Source: Candidatus Zhuqueibacterota bacterium (GTDB taxonomy: Bacteria > Zhuqueibacterota > Zhuqueibacteria > Thermofontimicrobiales > Thermofontimicrobiaceae). From it: a stretch of 64,000 nt of DNA. A program made the position numbers and the translations under genes. This document shows, piece after piece, positions 51,163-61,583 of this stretch (position 1 is the stretch's first letter; each line of letters starts with the position of its first letter). The DNA lies in assembly GCA_049322915.1 (NCBI GenBank), contig JBMOPW010000007.1:389116-453115 (forward strand). The letters run 5' to 3'. A model generated the notes under the pieces. It did not search any database, was not told the origin of the DNA, and worked only from the letters and a program-made list of their open reading frames with translations.

Positions 51163-51744
51163 GTGAGAGTACCTTTCAGTTTCAACCACTTCGTTCTGTT
51201 TCTGATAACCCTCGTTGTGCTCTTCAGTTGTGCCCAACAAAGCGCCCTGAGAACCGAACCGGATGAGACCGATGCTGCCGATGAATCCGGTATTGTTTAT
51301 CTGGATGAGGACGAACCGGGCCAGGCTACGAATAAACCCCCGGCCAGGACTTCTGCCGATGACCGAACCAATGCCGACGAGAGCGGCATCATTTACCTCG
51401 ATGAAACCGATTCGCAGCCATCGGCGCCGGCGCAGCCGACGAAGGTAGTCGGGGAACCCCAGACAGGCAAAGCATCTTACTATGGCGATAAATTCCAGGG
51501 AAGAAAAACCGCCAGCGGCGAATTGTACGATCGCGAGAAGATGACCGCCGCCCACCGGACACTTCCATTCGGGACCATTTGCAGAGTGACGAATGTCCTG
51601 AACGGGAAGAGCGTGGAAGTGCGCGTGAACGACCGTGGGCCGTTTTCCAAAAATCGCGTCATCGATGTCTCGTATCGCGCGATGAGCGAACTGGATGGAA
51701 TCCACGCCGGTTTGATCGAGGTCAAGGTGGAAGTCATCAAATAA
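51163..51744 (+). CDS. rlpA: RlpA-family lytic transglycosylase lipoprotein
   Basis: Lipobox LFSC; GKASYYG, TASGE, TAAHRTLP, VNDRGPF. Confidence 0.88.
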   Translation: MRVPFSFNHFVLFLITLVVLFSCAQQSALRTEPDETDAADESGIVYLDEDEPGQATNKPPARTSADDRTNADESGIIYLDETDSQPSAPAQPTKVVGEPQTGKASYYGDKFQGRKTASGELYDREKMTAAHRTLPFGTICRVTNVLNGKSVEVRVNDRGPFSKNRVIDVSYRAMSELDGIHAGLIEVKVEVIK

Positions 51745-51864
51745 CGGGCACTGGTTCAACACGCCCCATGCCACAGGATTGGAATCAAAAATCAGATGAG
51801 TGTTTTTTTTAAAAAGAGCGAAAACAAATCATAGCAACGTATCAAGTTAACTGAGGAACAGAAA

Positions 51865-52482
51865 ATGAAACTGAAACGATTTTTTATCATAACAGCGATC
51901 ATCGGCGTACTCACCGCGTCATTCACAAGTGCCAGTTCGCAAGAGAAAGTCGACCCGGCAACGCAGCAGGAGATGATGGCGGAGTACATGAAATTGGCAG
52001 TTCCGGGGCCGGAGCATGCTTTATTCGGGCCGCTGGTTGGAACATGGAACATGGATATCAAAGTCTGGATGCAGCCGGGAGCGGAACCCATGGTGTTCTC
52101 CGGGACATCCGAAAATAAAATGGTACTGGGCGACCGATTCCTTGAAATGGATTCGAAAAGCGGCGAAGGCGATATGTACACGGAAACCTATTCCCTGTTC
52201 GGATTCGATCGACGACACAAGAAATATGTCGCGGTGATGCTGGATACCTGGGGCACCTATTTTGTCACTGCCTTTGGCGGATTTAATGAAGCGACCAAAA
52301 CGCTGTCCCTGTCCGGCGAAGATGACGATCCCATCATGAAACGGATGCAGGAATTCGATTTCAACTTCACCATTCAAAGCCCGGACAAGTTCGTGTACGA
52401 AAGCATTTTCAAGAATTTTCCGATGCCGGAGGGTATTCAGAAAGAGTACAAAATGCTGGAAATCACCTATACCCGGAAGTAG
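51865..52482 (+). CDS. Exported DUF1579-type protein
   Basis: Signal peptide; PGPEH..L.G.W, LGDRFL, MLEITYTRK. Confidence 0.75.
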   Translation: MKLKRFFIITAIIGVLTASFTSASSQEKVDPATQQEMMAEYMKLAVPGPEHALFGPLVGTWNMDIKVWMQPGAEPMVFSGTSENKMVLGDRFLEMDSKSGEGDMYTETYSLFGFDRRHKKYVAVMLDTWGTYFVTAFGGFNEATKTLSLSGEDDDPIMKRMQEFDFNFTIQSPDKFVYESIFKNFPMPEGIQKEYKMLEITYTRK

Positions 52483-52628
52483 CTCAACGGAGCCGGTACA
52501 ACCCATGGGCTTTATCGCCGGAAAAGCGCGATGGTGATTGACAGCGAGTCGGACGATGATTCCCTGAATCATCACGCTGATTCGAACGCCAGTTCAATAG
52601 TACACTATTAACATTGCCAGGGGAAAGG

Positions 52629-53006
52629 ATGGAACTCGAGTTACTACGCACCTATCTATCGGAAAAAAAAGGAAGTACAGAGGAATTCCCATTTGGCCCG
52701 GACGCATTGGTGGTGAAGGTTCTTGGGAAAATATACGCCATCATCGGGTGGCAGCATAGTCCGCTGCGACTCTCCCTCAAATGCCGCCCGGATCACGCGC
52801 TGGCGCTGCGAGCGATGCATCCGGCGGTGCAGCCAGGCTATCATTTGAACAAGGAGCACTGGAACACCGTGACGCTGGATGACACCATTCCCCGGGATGC
52901 CGTGCTTGAAATGATCGATCATTCCTACGACATCGTCGTGCAGGGACTGAAAAAGTCGGACAGAATCCGATTGGAGAACATGGATCAGAACCAACGCCTC
53001 CCGTGA
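52629..53006 (+). CDS. MmcQ/YjbR family protein
   Basis: PFGPD..V.KV.GK, LKC, PGYHLNKEHWNTV, IDHSY. Confidence 0.9.
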   Translation: MELELLRTYLSEKKGSTEEFPFGPDALVVKVLGKIYAIIGWQHSPLRLSLKCRPDHALALRAMHPAVQPGYHLNKEHWNTVTLDDTIPRDAVLEMIDHSYDIVVQGLKKSDRIRLENMDQNQRLP

Positions 53007-53882
53007 AATGCAACCGCGAGAGGCGGTTCTGGGTGCCTCGACGATACTGCCGGCGAGGCGACTTTGTCCGAATCGTGACGACCGGAAGCGGCAATCTGTC
53101 TCGTCGGCTCGGATTTGATATTCACTGGTTACAACGCATCCGGGAAGTTTTGGCCACATCCCTTCTCAACCCACCTCCAACAAGTCAACGCCGTGTTCGC
53201 CACATGGGCGCCAGCCTTATAGTGGTGTTCAATGGCCTGCGCGCGTTACAGCGAGTGAATATGCCCAATGATGTCCGATGAACGCGATCTCAATCTGATA
53301 TTGTCTCGAACAGAATTGAAATCAGGTAGGCATCGAAGACATGGAATGGTTACTTCCAAAAAATGCCTCTTCTCTCGAAGCGTGCGGCTGCCTATCTGCT
53401 TGCATCGCTCGCGACCACGCCGGTTTTCACACCGTGGACTGCTAAAGCCAAGTCCTCCTGCATTCCCGCTTTTTACAATGAGACTCTATACCTCCACTAT
53501 TTCCGTTCCGCGAATTATTAAAAATTTGACACTCAACACATTGTTTTAGTTAAAATGACCTATTTTAATGTATTCTAAAATCTGATTACAGTTCAAATAG
53601 TGTTAGTTTTGCCTCTAAGTCTCGAAAACTTGAAGTTTGATTTTCCAACTATAAAACAGGGAAATCATCATTTTATTTACAAAAGGTTTTTTCGAGCCTT
53701 TGCGATTTCGAGGCGACAAAAAATTGGTCTTCCAAAAAATAAAACAAGCGTGTCATTCTGAGAACAAATAAATTCTTCAATCTGGAAAATCCTGAAAAAA
53801 TCTCATATTGATAATTGAAAACAGAAAGTTCAGAGAGCTTCATTTAATTAAAAAACAATAACTAAATTCATGTATATTATCA

Positions 53883-53897
53883 TGGCATAATACTTGA
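53883..53897 (+). promoter_or_regulatory. sigma54-like promoter of clpC-like gene (-12 GA variant)
   Basis: TGGCATAATACTTGA. Confidence 0.45.
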
Positions 53898-53949
53898 ATA
53901 AGATATTCCAAAACGAATTCACATCAATTTGGAATTTTGGAGCGAGGAA

Positions 53950-56358
53950 ATGCAATTGGACTTTTCAGACAAGATACACCAGGTACTTAAGAACTCGAGA
54001 GAAGAGGCGTTACGATTGCGGAATGATTTCATCAGCACAGAACATCTGTTGCTTGGATTGCTGAAAGGCTCGGAGCGGAATATTATTCATGAAATTTTGA
54101 AAAACCTGCATTGCGATATCGATGAGATGAAAAAGAGGGTGGAGAAAATTATTCAACCGCTGCCCTACGCAGTGACCCTGGAAGATGTGCCGCTGACCAA
54201 GCGGGCTGAAAATGTTCTTCGTCGGGCCTGGGTGGAAGCTGAACGCTACAATTCCCAGAATATTAAAATAGAGCATCTGTTCCTGGCGCTCATTGCAGAA
54301 AAGCATGGAGTGGCTGCAACGGTGCTGGATTCTTTCAATATCACCTACACCAACGTAGGCAGGGAAATTGAACGCATTTCCTCTTTAGGTGGGAAGAGCA
54401 AACGCAACGTTGTAACCGATCTGAAAAAATTGAAGCTCGCCAAGTACGGCCAGAATGTGACTGAACTGGCTGCCAAAGGCCAGGTCGATCCGGTGATTGG
54501 CCGGGACGAAGAAATCGAGCGAGTCATTCAAATTTTAATGCGCCGCAAAAAGAATAATCCGGTTCTCATCGGCGAGCCGGGCGTCGGCAAAACGGCTGTG
54601 GTGGAAGGATTGGCGTTGCGCGTCATCGAAAAACGCGTGCCCCCGGTGTTTCATGACTTGCAGATATTCAGTCTCGATCTGGGACTGATTCTGGCCGGCA
54701 CCCAATTTCGCGGTCAGTTCGAAGAACGGTTCAAGGAAATTGTCGATGAGCTGGAAGAATACGATAACATCGTCCTGTTCATTGACGAATTGCACACCAT
54801 CATCGGCGCCGGCGGCGTCGGCGGAAATCTGGACGTGTCCAATTTGCTGAAACCAGCCCTGGCCTCGGGAAAAGTCGCCTGCATCGGCGCTACCACGCTC
54901 AACGAATACCAGAAATATATTGAACATGACAAAGCCCTGGAACGACGATTCCAGCGCGTGATGGTCGAGCCGCCGTCCAATGCGACGACGTACGAGATTC
55001 TTCAGGGCATCAAAGCCAAATACGAATCCTATCACCATGTCCATTACACCGAAAAGGCGATTCTGGAATCGGTCCGATTGGCGGATCGCTACATTACGGA
55101 TAAATTTTTCCCGGACAAAGCGATCGATCTGTTGGATGAGGCCGGCGCCATGGTCAGTTTGAGTCAGGATAATGACAGCGTCGCTTACACGAATGAGCCC
55201 CACGGTATTTTATTGGATTCCGAATCTGAGAGCTTTTTCCGAAGAATGGAAAGCCTGACCGAGATCGAAAAGATCGGCGCGGCCCAGGTGGCTCATGTGA
55301 AAGTCGCCCCACGGGCAGAGACCCTGGCGACGAAGAAATCGCCGGAAGTGACCAGCATGGATATCGCCAAGACCGTCCGACTGATGACCGGCATTCCCAT
55401 GACGCGCCTGACCCAGACCGAGTCCGACCGACTTTTATCGATGGACGAACGTTTGAATACGACCATTGTCGGCCAGAGGGACGCGATTGAAAAAATCACC
55501 AAAGCCATCAAACGGGCTCGCACCGGGTTGAAAGATCCGCGGCGTCCGGTGGGTTCGTTTGTGTTCATCGGACCGTCAGCGGTGGGCAAAACGAAACTGG
55601 CCCAGGAACTGGCCGTCAATTTGTTCGACAAATCGGACGCGCTGGTGCAACTGGATATGTCCGAATACATGGAAAAATTTGCTGTGTCCCGGCTGATTGG
55701 CGCGCCTCCCGGCTATGTTGGCCACGAAGAAGGCGGCCAGTTGACCGAAGCGGTGCGACGTCATCCCTACTCCGTGATTTTGCTGGATCAAATTGATAAA
55801 GCACATCCCGAAGCGCTCAATATTCTGCTCCAAATTCTGGATGATGGCATGGCCACCGATAGCATGGGACGCAAAGTTGATTTTCGTAATACACTGATTA
55901 TCATGACTGTGAATCACACGATGAATGCCGACAACTCCTCGCAGATCGGTTTCAACAACGCGAGTGACGAGCAGGCGAATATTCTGGCGGATGAGCAACA
56001 TGAAAAGTTTTTGCGCAAACTGTTTCCGCCGGAGTTCATCAATCGCATCGACGATATCATCCCGTTCCACCCGTTGAACAAGAGCCATTTCATCACCATT
56101 CTGGAGCAGGAAATCACTCGGCTCCTGAGCAAGACCAATGAAATGAACATCGCAGTGACGCTCACGGACAGCGCAAAAGAATTTTTGGGCGAGCGGGAAT
56201 TCAACATGCAGCAGGGCGCACGATCGATCCGACGAATTGTTCAGCAGTATTTTGAAAATCCATTGGCCGAGAAAATTCTGAAAAAAGAAATCGTCTCCGG
56301 AGATCATTTGTACGTGCAGTTCCGGGATGGACACCTCTCATTCACGAAAGCCCTGTGA
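53950..56358 (+). CDS. clpC: ClpC/ClpA-like AAA+ ATPase with degenerate second ATPase module
   Basis: Two Clp-N repeats, D1 [15 protein letters not shown]2 [19 protein letters not shown] pore loop, IGF loop. Confidence 0.85.
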   Translation: MQLDFSDKIHQVLKNSREEALRLRNDFISTEHLLLGLLKGSERNIIHEILKNLHCDIDEMKKRVEKIIQPLPYAVTLEDVPLTKRAENVLRRAWVEAERYNSQNIKIEHLFLALIAEKHGVAATVLDSFNITYTNVGREIERISSLGGKSKRNVVTDLKKLKLAKYGQNVTELAAKGQVDPVIGRDEEIERVIQILMRRKKNNPVLIGEPGVGKTAVVEGLALRVIEKRVPPVFHDLQIFSLDLGLILAGTQFRGQFEERFKEIVDELEEYDNIVLFIDELHTIIGAGGVGGNLDVSNLLKPALASGKVACIGATTLNEYQKYIEHDKALERRFQRVMVEPPSNATTYEILQGIKAKYESYHHVHYTEKAILESVRLADRYITDKFFPDKAIDLLDEAGAMVSLSQDNDSVAYTNEPHGILLDSESESFFRRMESLTEIEKIGAAQVAHVKVAPRAETLATKKSPEVTSMDIAKTVRLMTGIPMTRLTQTESDRLLSMDERLNTTIVGQRDAIEKITKAIKRARTGLKDPRRPVGSFVFIGPSAVGKTKLAQELAVNLFDKSDALVQLDMSEYMEKFAVSRLIGAPPGYVGHEEGGQLTEAVRRHPYSVILLDQIDKAHPEALNILLQILDDGMATDSMGRKVDFRNTLIIMTVNHTMNADNSSQIGFNNASDEQANILADEQHEKFLRKLFPPEFINRIDDIIPFHPLNKSHFITILEQEITRLLSKTNEMNIAVTLTDSAKEFLGEREFNMQQGARSIRRIVQQYFENPLAEKILKKEIVSGDHLYVQFRDGHLSFTKAL

Positions 56359-56420
56359 GTCCAATTCGGAATCCCTTCAGATTCACTTAACATATACTAA
56401 CTTCATTTTGTAGTAGAGAT

Positions 56421-56460
56421 AGCATGATGCAGCCAACACCTGCATCATGCTGTTTTTATT
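56421..56460 (+). terminator. Intrinsic terminator
   Basis: agcatgatgcag-ccaacac-ctgcatcatgct (12-bp stem) then gtttttatt. Confidence 0.8.
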
Positions 56461-56884
56461 TTCTGAAAACGCAAATTTGACGCCCCTTTTTCAAGTATCA
56501 ACCGCACAGCGATTTTGTTAAAAAAAAGTTTCTTTTGATTTATTCCTTGATTTTAAAATTTGATTCTTTTATCTTTATGAGCAATCGAAATAAAGGCGCT
56601 CGTCGGCCAGCCCATTCGTGACATTGATGAAACGTGTGGGCTGTCTGCGGGACTGCCGGGCCCTTTGGACTGCGCGAAATTCGCTTTCCCATGCGGCGCT
56701 GTTTCGCGGAATAAAACGCGCCGCGATTTGAACTGGCTCAGCCGTCCTTCGAACGACCCGTTCTGCCATGACGGGCGAAGTGCAGTCAAAGCCAACGCCT
56801 GAAATCGATGCGAATGGGCGCATCGGGGCGGCGTGAAAGAAGAGGCGCTTCACATTCATTCAAACCAAGTGACATCCGAACGCC

Positions 56885-58165
56885 ATGGATACCATCGAAT
56901 CGTTACGCAAAAAAGTCACCGACCTCACCAGCCTCATCGAGGTCAGTTCCATCATCAACTCCACGCTGGATCTGGAAGAGCTGATGAATCTCGTCATGGA
57001 AAAAGCGCAGAGCGTGATGAACGCCGAAGCCAGCTCCGTGATGCTGCTCAATGAACAGACTGACATGCTGGAATGCGAAATTGCCCTGGGCGATGTGCGC
57101 GAGAAAGTCAAGGACAAAATTCAGTTGAAAGTGGGACAGGGCATTGCCGGCTGGGTCGCTGAAAGCGGGGAGGCTGTCATCGTGCCGGACGTCTCCACGG
57201 ACAAACGGTTCTACTCCAATGTCGACCATTCCACCGGCTTCCAGACGAAATCCATTCTGGCGGCGCCGCTCAAAGTCAAGAATAAAGTCATCGGCGTGGC
57301 CGAAGTGATCAACCGGCGCGATGCCCAGCCATTCACCGAGGAGAACCTGGCCATCTTTTCCACGTTTTGCCGCCAGGTGGCGCTGGCCATTGAAAACGCG
57401 CGAATGTACCAGTACAAACTGGAGCAGCAACGGTTGCGGCAGCAGTTAGAATCCGCCCATCGCATTCAGCAGAGTTTCATGCCCCAGGTTTTCCCGCACT
57501 CGGAAGACGAGAAATTCATCCTCTACGGCAAAAACATACCGGCCACAGCCGTCGGCGGCGACCTGTTCGATTTCATCCCCATTGATGATGACTATTTGGG
57601 GATGGTCATCGGCGACGTCTCCGGCAAGGGCGTGCCGGCGGCGCTGTACATGGCGCGGCTAATCAGCGATTTGCGCTACTATTGCCATATTGCAGTGCAC
57701 CCGGCCGAACTGATGAACACCATCAACAATGTGCTTCAGGATCGGGGGCAACAGGGCATGTTTGTCACGCTCATCTACATGGTGCTGAACACACGGACCG
57801 GGGAACTGATCATCACCAACGCCGGGCATTTGCCGCCGCTGTGGTATCAGTTTGAGAAAAAGCAGTACACTGCCATCGACGATGTTGCCGGCGTCCCATT
57901 GGGCATTCTGCCCCAGGAGGAATATCCCAGCCGAACGGTGATGTTATCCCCGGGAGACATGATTTTGCTGTACACCGACGGCATCATCGAAGCGAAGAAC
58001 ACGCGCAAAGAGATGTTTTCGCTGGCCCGGCTGGAAAAGATCGTGGCCAAACCCGGCGGCAGTCCCCAGGAACTGATCGAGCGAATCGTGGACAACGTGA
58101 AAAATTTCACCAAACGGATGCTCCAGCACGATGATATCACGCTGCTGGCGCTGAGGTGGGGGTAG
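56885..58165 (+). CDS. GAF + SpoIIE/RsbU-type PP2C phosphatase
   Basis: GQGIAGWV, VGGDLFD, GDVSGKG, NAGH, YTDG, DDIT. Confidence 0.92.
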   Translation: MDTIESLRKKVTDLTSLIEVSSIINSTLDLEELMNLVMEKAQSVMNAEASSVMLLNEQTDMLECEIALGDVREKVKDKIQLKVGQGIAGWVAESGEAVIVPDVSTDKRFYSNVDHSTGFQTKSILAAPLKVKNKVIGVAEVINRRDAQPFTEENLAIFSTFCRQVALAIENARMYQYKLEQQRLRQQLESAHRIQQSFMPQVFPHSEDEKFILYGKNIPATAVGGDLFDFIPIDDDYLGMVIGDVSGKGVPAALYMARLISDLRYYCHIAVHPAELMNTINNVLQDRGQQGMFVTLIYMVLNTRTGELIITNAGHLPPLWYQFEKKQYTAIDDVAGVPLGILPQEEYPSRTVMLSPGDMILLYTDGIIEAKNTRKEMFSLARLEKIVAKPGGSPQELIERIVDNVKNFTKRMLQHDDITLLALRWG

Positions 58166-58258
58166 GGAGGTCGGCGATATTCTTTTCTAAATTGACGTAA
58201 AGTCTAAAAGTCTGATGAGAAACGATATTAAGAACTTAATAAATTGAGAGATTAAATC

Positions 58259-60838
58259 ATGCCCAGAAATAACAGACCTGCTAATCAAAAACCCATCGAA
58301 CAATTCACTCACAATGACAAAGAACGATTGAACAACCCGCCGGTTGGCTTGGTGACGCCGGAGACGGACAAGGATGGCGGAAAGAAAAAATACGAGTACG
58401 ACCCGCACCTTTACCCGCAATTGGTGTGGGCAGGAAAAGCCGAGCACACCAGTTTTGAAGTGCCCACGGTTTCCTTACATGTGCACGAACGGATTGACCC
58501 GAAAACGATTATCGAGAGCGTGAGAAAAGAAAGCGCCAATGAAGCCCAGATGTCTTTATTTGAAACCGGGAAAAAACCACTCCGTGAAGCGATTGAATTT
58601 TACAAGCACAAAGAAAACTGGACAAACCGCCTGATTGCCGGGGATAGCCTGCTGGTCATGAACTCATTGCTGGAAAAAGAAGGCATGGGTGAAAAAGTGC
58701 AGATGATTTATTTTGATCCGCCGTATGGGATTAAATATAGAAGTAACTTTCAACCATTTATCAATGACACTTCATTTAATTCAGGCGATAATGATAATGA
58801 TTTGACAGCCGAGCCTGAAATGCTGAAAGCTTTTCGAGACACGTGGGAATTAGGGATACATTCATATATTTCATATTTAAGAGACCGCATTTTACTAGCA
58901 AGACAATTACTTAATGAGATGGGTAGTATTTTCATACAAATTTCAGATGAAAATGTACATTTAGTGAGAAATATATGCGATGAAATTTTTGGACAAGAAA
59001 ATTTTATTAGCCAAATATCTGTTAAAAGAGCATCAATGATGTTTTCAAAAAAACTTTTAAATAATGCTGTTTTTTATGTTGTTTGGTATGCTAAGAATAA
59101 AGAAAGTGCTCAATATAACCAATTATTTTTTATAAGAGATGCTCAATGGTTCGCTGATTCCGCTGGATCTCACTTAAGAATAGAAAGCCCTGATGGTCAA
59201 TATCGTAAATCATTAACTGGAGATGAAAGAAAAAATATGAAAGCCTTTATGGAAAGCCATAAAGGTTGGCGTTTATATAGACTGCTAGGCGTTAATGCAC
59301 AAGGAACAGAAAAAAGAGTCGGATTTTTATATGAAGGAAAAACCTATTTCCCACCTAAAGGAACACAATGGAAGTATTCATATGAAGGATTAGAAAAACT
59401 AAAAAATTTAAATAGATTTGAAGTAGAAAAAAATAGTTTGAGTGTCAAAGTATATTTAGATGATTATCCTGTTGTAGCTATTAATAGTTTATGGGAACAG
59501 ATTGGTGCTGCGGCAGAAAAAATATATGTTGTTCAGACATCTGATGAAATAGTAAAAAGATGTATTTTGATGACCACACAGCCGGGCGATCTTGTTTTTG
59601 ATCCAACCTGTGGTTCTGGTACAACTGCCTTTAGCGCTGAACAATGGGGACGCCGATGGATTACTTGTGACACATCACGTATATCAATTGCGTTAGCCAA
59701 ATATAGATTAATGACCTCAAATTTTGATTATTATGAGCTCGCTCATCAAGAAGAGGGTGTTGGAAGTGGGTTTAAATACAAAACAGTGCCCCATATTACA
59801 TTAGGAAGTATTGCGAACAACGAACCTTCAACCGAAGAGACGCTTTATGATCAGCCTTTTATGAACACCAAAAAAACAAGAGTGACTGGCCCATTTACAG
59901 TTGAAGCAGTGCCATCACCTGTATCAAAATCACCCGAAGAAATTGAATTCGAAGATGTTGCTACAGATGAAAGCGTATCCCGATCAGGTGAAACACTGCG
60001 CCAGGCAGAGTGGAGAGATGAACTGTTCAGAACCGGGGTTCGGGCAAAGGGCGGCAATATGATTGAATTCACCCGAATAGAGCCATTGTCAGGCACACGG
60101 TTTTTACAGGCCGAGGGGGAAACCAAACCAGTCTTCGACTTCGCTCACACTGACACTCCCGGTCATGTTGAGCGAAGTCGAAACATGACACAATCCCAAC
60201 GCGTGCTCATTGCGTTTGGCCCGGAACACGCGCCTTTGGAGCAACGGCAGGTGGAACTCGCCATTGAAGAAGCAGGGAATATGAAACCCAAACCGGATAT
60301 GATTCTTTTCGCGGCGTTCCATTTTGATGAGGAAGCAGCCAAAGATATCGATGAAACAAACTGGCCCGGCGTTACATTAATTCGCGCGCAGATGAACGCG
60401 GATCTGCTCACTGATGATTTGAAAAAGAAACGATCCAGCAATGAAAGCTTTTGGCTCATCGGCCAGCCGGACGTGGATTATGAAAAAATAACGAGCGGTG
60501 AAAATAAGGGAAAAATTCAGGTTGAGGTGAAAGGCTTTGATTATTACAATCCCAAAACCGGCAACGTGGAGAGCGGCGGCGAAAACAACATTGCTATGTG
60601 GATGCTCGATCCTGATTATGATGGCCGCAGTCTATTCCCGCGGCAGGTTTTCTTCCCAATGGCCGGAGAGAATGACGGCTGGGCAAAGCTGGCAAAAAAT
60701 TTAAATGCCGAAATTGATGAAGAAAAAATTGAGGCGTTCCGAGGCACAAAATCCCTGCCGTTTACACCGGGCAAGCAAATCGCCGTTAAAATTGTAGATG
60801 ATCGCGGTATTGAAAGTTTAAAGATCATAAAATTATAG
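58259..60838 (+). CDS. Type III-like site-specific DNA methyltransferase (Mod)
   Basis: DPPY before FDPTCGSGTT (beta order); AT-rich central target recognition region. Confidence 0.9.
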   Translation: MPRNNRPANQKPIEQFTHNDKERLNNPPVGLVTPETDKDGGKKKYEYDPHLYPQLVWAGKAEHTSFEVPTVSLHVHERIDPKTIIESVRKESANEAQMSLFETGKKPLREAIEFYKHKENWTNRLIAGDSLLVMNSLLEKEGMGEKVQMIYFDPPYGIKYRSNFQPFINDTSFNSGDNDNDLTAEPEMLKAFRDTWELGIHSYISYLRDRILLARQLLNEMGSIFIQISDENVHLVRNICDEIFGQENFISQISVKRASMMFSKKLLNNAVFYVVWYAKNKESAQYNQLFFIRDAQWFADSAGSHLRIESPDGQYRKSLTGDERKNMKAFMESHKGWRLYRLLGVNAQGTEKRVGFLYEGKTYFPPKGTQWKYSYEGLEKLKNLNRFEVEKNSLSVKVYLDDYPVVAINSLWEQIGAAAEKIYVVQTSDEIVKRCILMTTQPGDLVFDPTCGSGTTAFSAEQWGRRWITCDTSRISIALAKYRLMTSNFDYYELAHQEEGVGSGFKYKTVPHITLGSIANNEPSTEETLYDQPFMNTKKTRVTGPFTVEAVPSPVSKSPEEIEFEDVATDESVSRSGETLRQAEWRDELFRTGVRAKGGNMIEFTRIEPLSGTRFLQAEGETKPVFDFAHTDTPGHVERSRNMTQSQRVLIAFGPEHAPLEQRQVELAIEEAGNMKPKPDMILFAAFHFDEEAAKDIDETNWPGVTLIRAQMNADLLTDDLKKKRSSNESFWLIGQPDVDYEKITSGENKGKIQVEVKGFDYYNPKTGNVESGGENNIAMWMLDPDYDGRSLFPRQVFFPMAGENDGWAKLAKNLNAEIDEEKIEAFRGTKSLPFTPGKQIAVKIVDDRGIESLKIIKL
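60129..60189. repeat. Inverted pair of hairpin repeats inserted in-frame in mod
   Basis: ttcgacttcgctca ... tgagcgaagtcgaa; second unit gtcatgtt-gagcgaagtcga-aacatgac. Confidence 0.85.
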
Positions 60839-60953
60839 CCATCCCTCGACTCCGCTCGGGATGACAGTATAGGTTCCGATCTGAATGACAAGAAAGACTA
60901 AGTCTGGTGAGAAAAAAAATCCACTCGGTCACCCTGAGCGAAGTCGAAGGGTG
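60839..60953. repeat. REPIN-like inverted doublet left of GIY-YIG gene
   Basis: ccatccctcgactccgctcgggatgacagt (60839-60868) and gtcaccctgagcgaagtcgaagggtg (60928-60953). Confidence 0.9.
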
Positions 60954-61029
60954 AAGGCGGTCAAAAATTGACTCAAACATTAAACAGTCTTTTGGTAACA
61001 AAAACCAAAATAATTAATAGCGAACCCCT

Positions 61030-61386
61030 ATGAAAATGTATTTTGTTTATATTCTAAAATGCTGTGATAATTCATATTATACCGGAATAACGAATAATTT
61101 GGAACGCAGGCTTCGAGAACATGATCAAGGCATTAATCCTAAATGCTATACTTTCAACAGGCGGCCAATAAAACTTATGTACTTTGAAGAATTTAATAAT
61201 TCGAATGATGCGATTGCTGCGGAAAAGCAAATTAAGGGCTGGAGCAGGAAAAAGAAAGAAGCGCTTTTTAAACGTGATTGGGAAAAAATTCATGAATTGG
61301 CTAAGTGCCGGAATGCAAGTTCGCATTTAAATTATCATCATCCATCCCTCGACTCCGCTCGGGATGACAGTGAAGACTCCGATTAG
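61030..61386 (+). CDS. Small stand-alone GIY-YIG nuclease
   Basis: YFVYIL, YYTGIT, RL.EH, E.QIKGWSR.KKEAL. Confidence 0.92.
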   Translation: MKMYFVYILKCCDNSYYTGITNNLERRLREHDQGINPKCYTFNRRPIKLMYFEEFNNSNDAIAAEKQIKGWSRKKKEALFKRDWEKIHELAKCRNASSHLNYHHPSLDSARDDSEDSD

Positions 61387-61435
61387 GGTGATAAATAATT
61401 TCCGACCTGTCACCCTGAGCGTAGTCGAAGGGTGG
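61342..61435. repeat. REPIN-like inverted doublet right of GIY-YIG gene
   Basis: 61342-61371 identical to 60839-60868; gtcaccctgagcgtagtcgaagggtg (61409-61434). Confidence 0.9.
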
Positions 61436-61583
61436 ACACGGGAATCACCCCGTCCGGGATAAAAAATCTCGACGCAGCTTGTATTGACGAAATTTAATTT
61501 GAACACATAAACAAAGCAACTTCAATAAAAATCCAAAACAAAGATACCAACCGAAATGATAAATACAATGAGAATACAAAGCG

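Noticed and set aside
53123..53185. Minus-strand 15-codon ORF with ggagg RBS and TTG start
   Set aside because: No promoter, terminator or homology support
60839..61435. Repeats as a CRISPR array
   Set aside because: Units alternate in orientation, spacing is irregular, a gene lies between them and no cas genes are present
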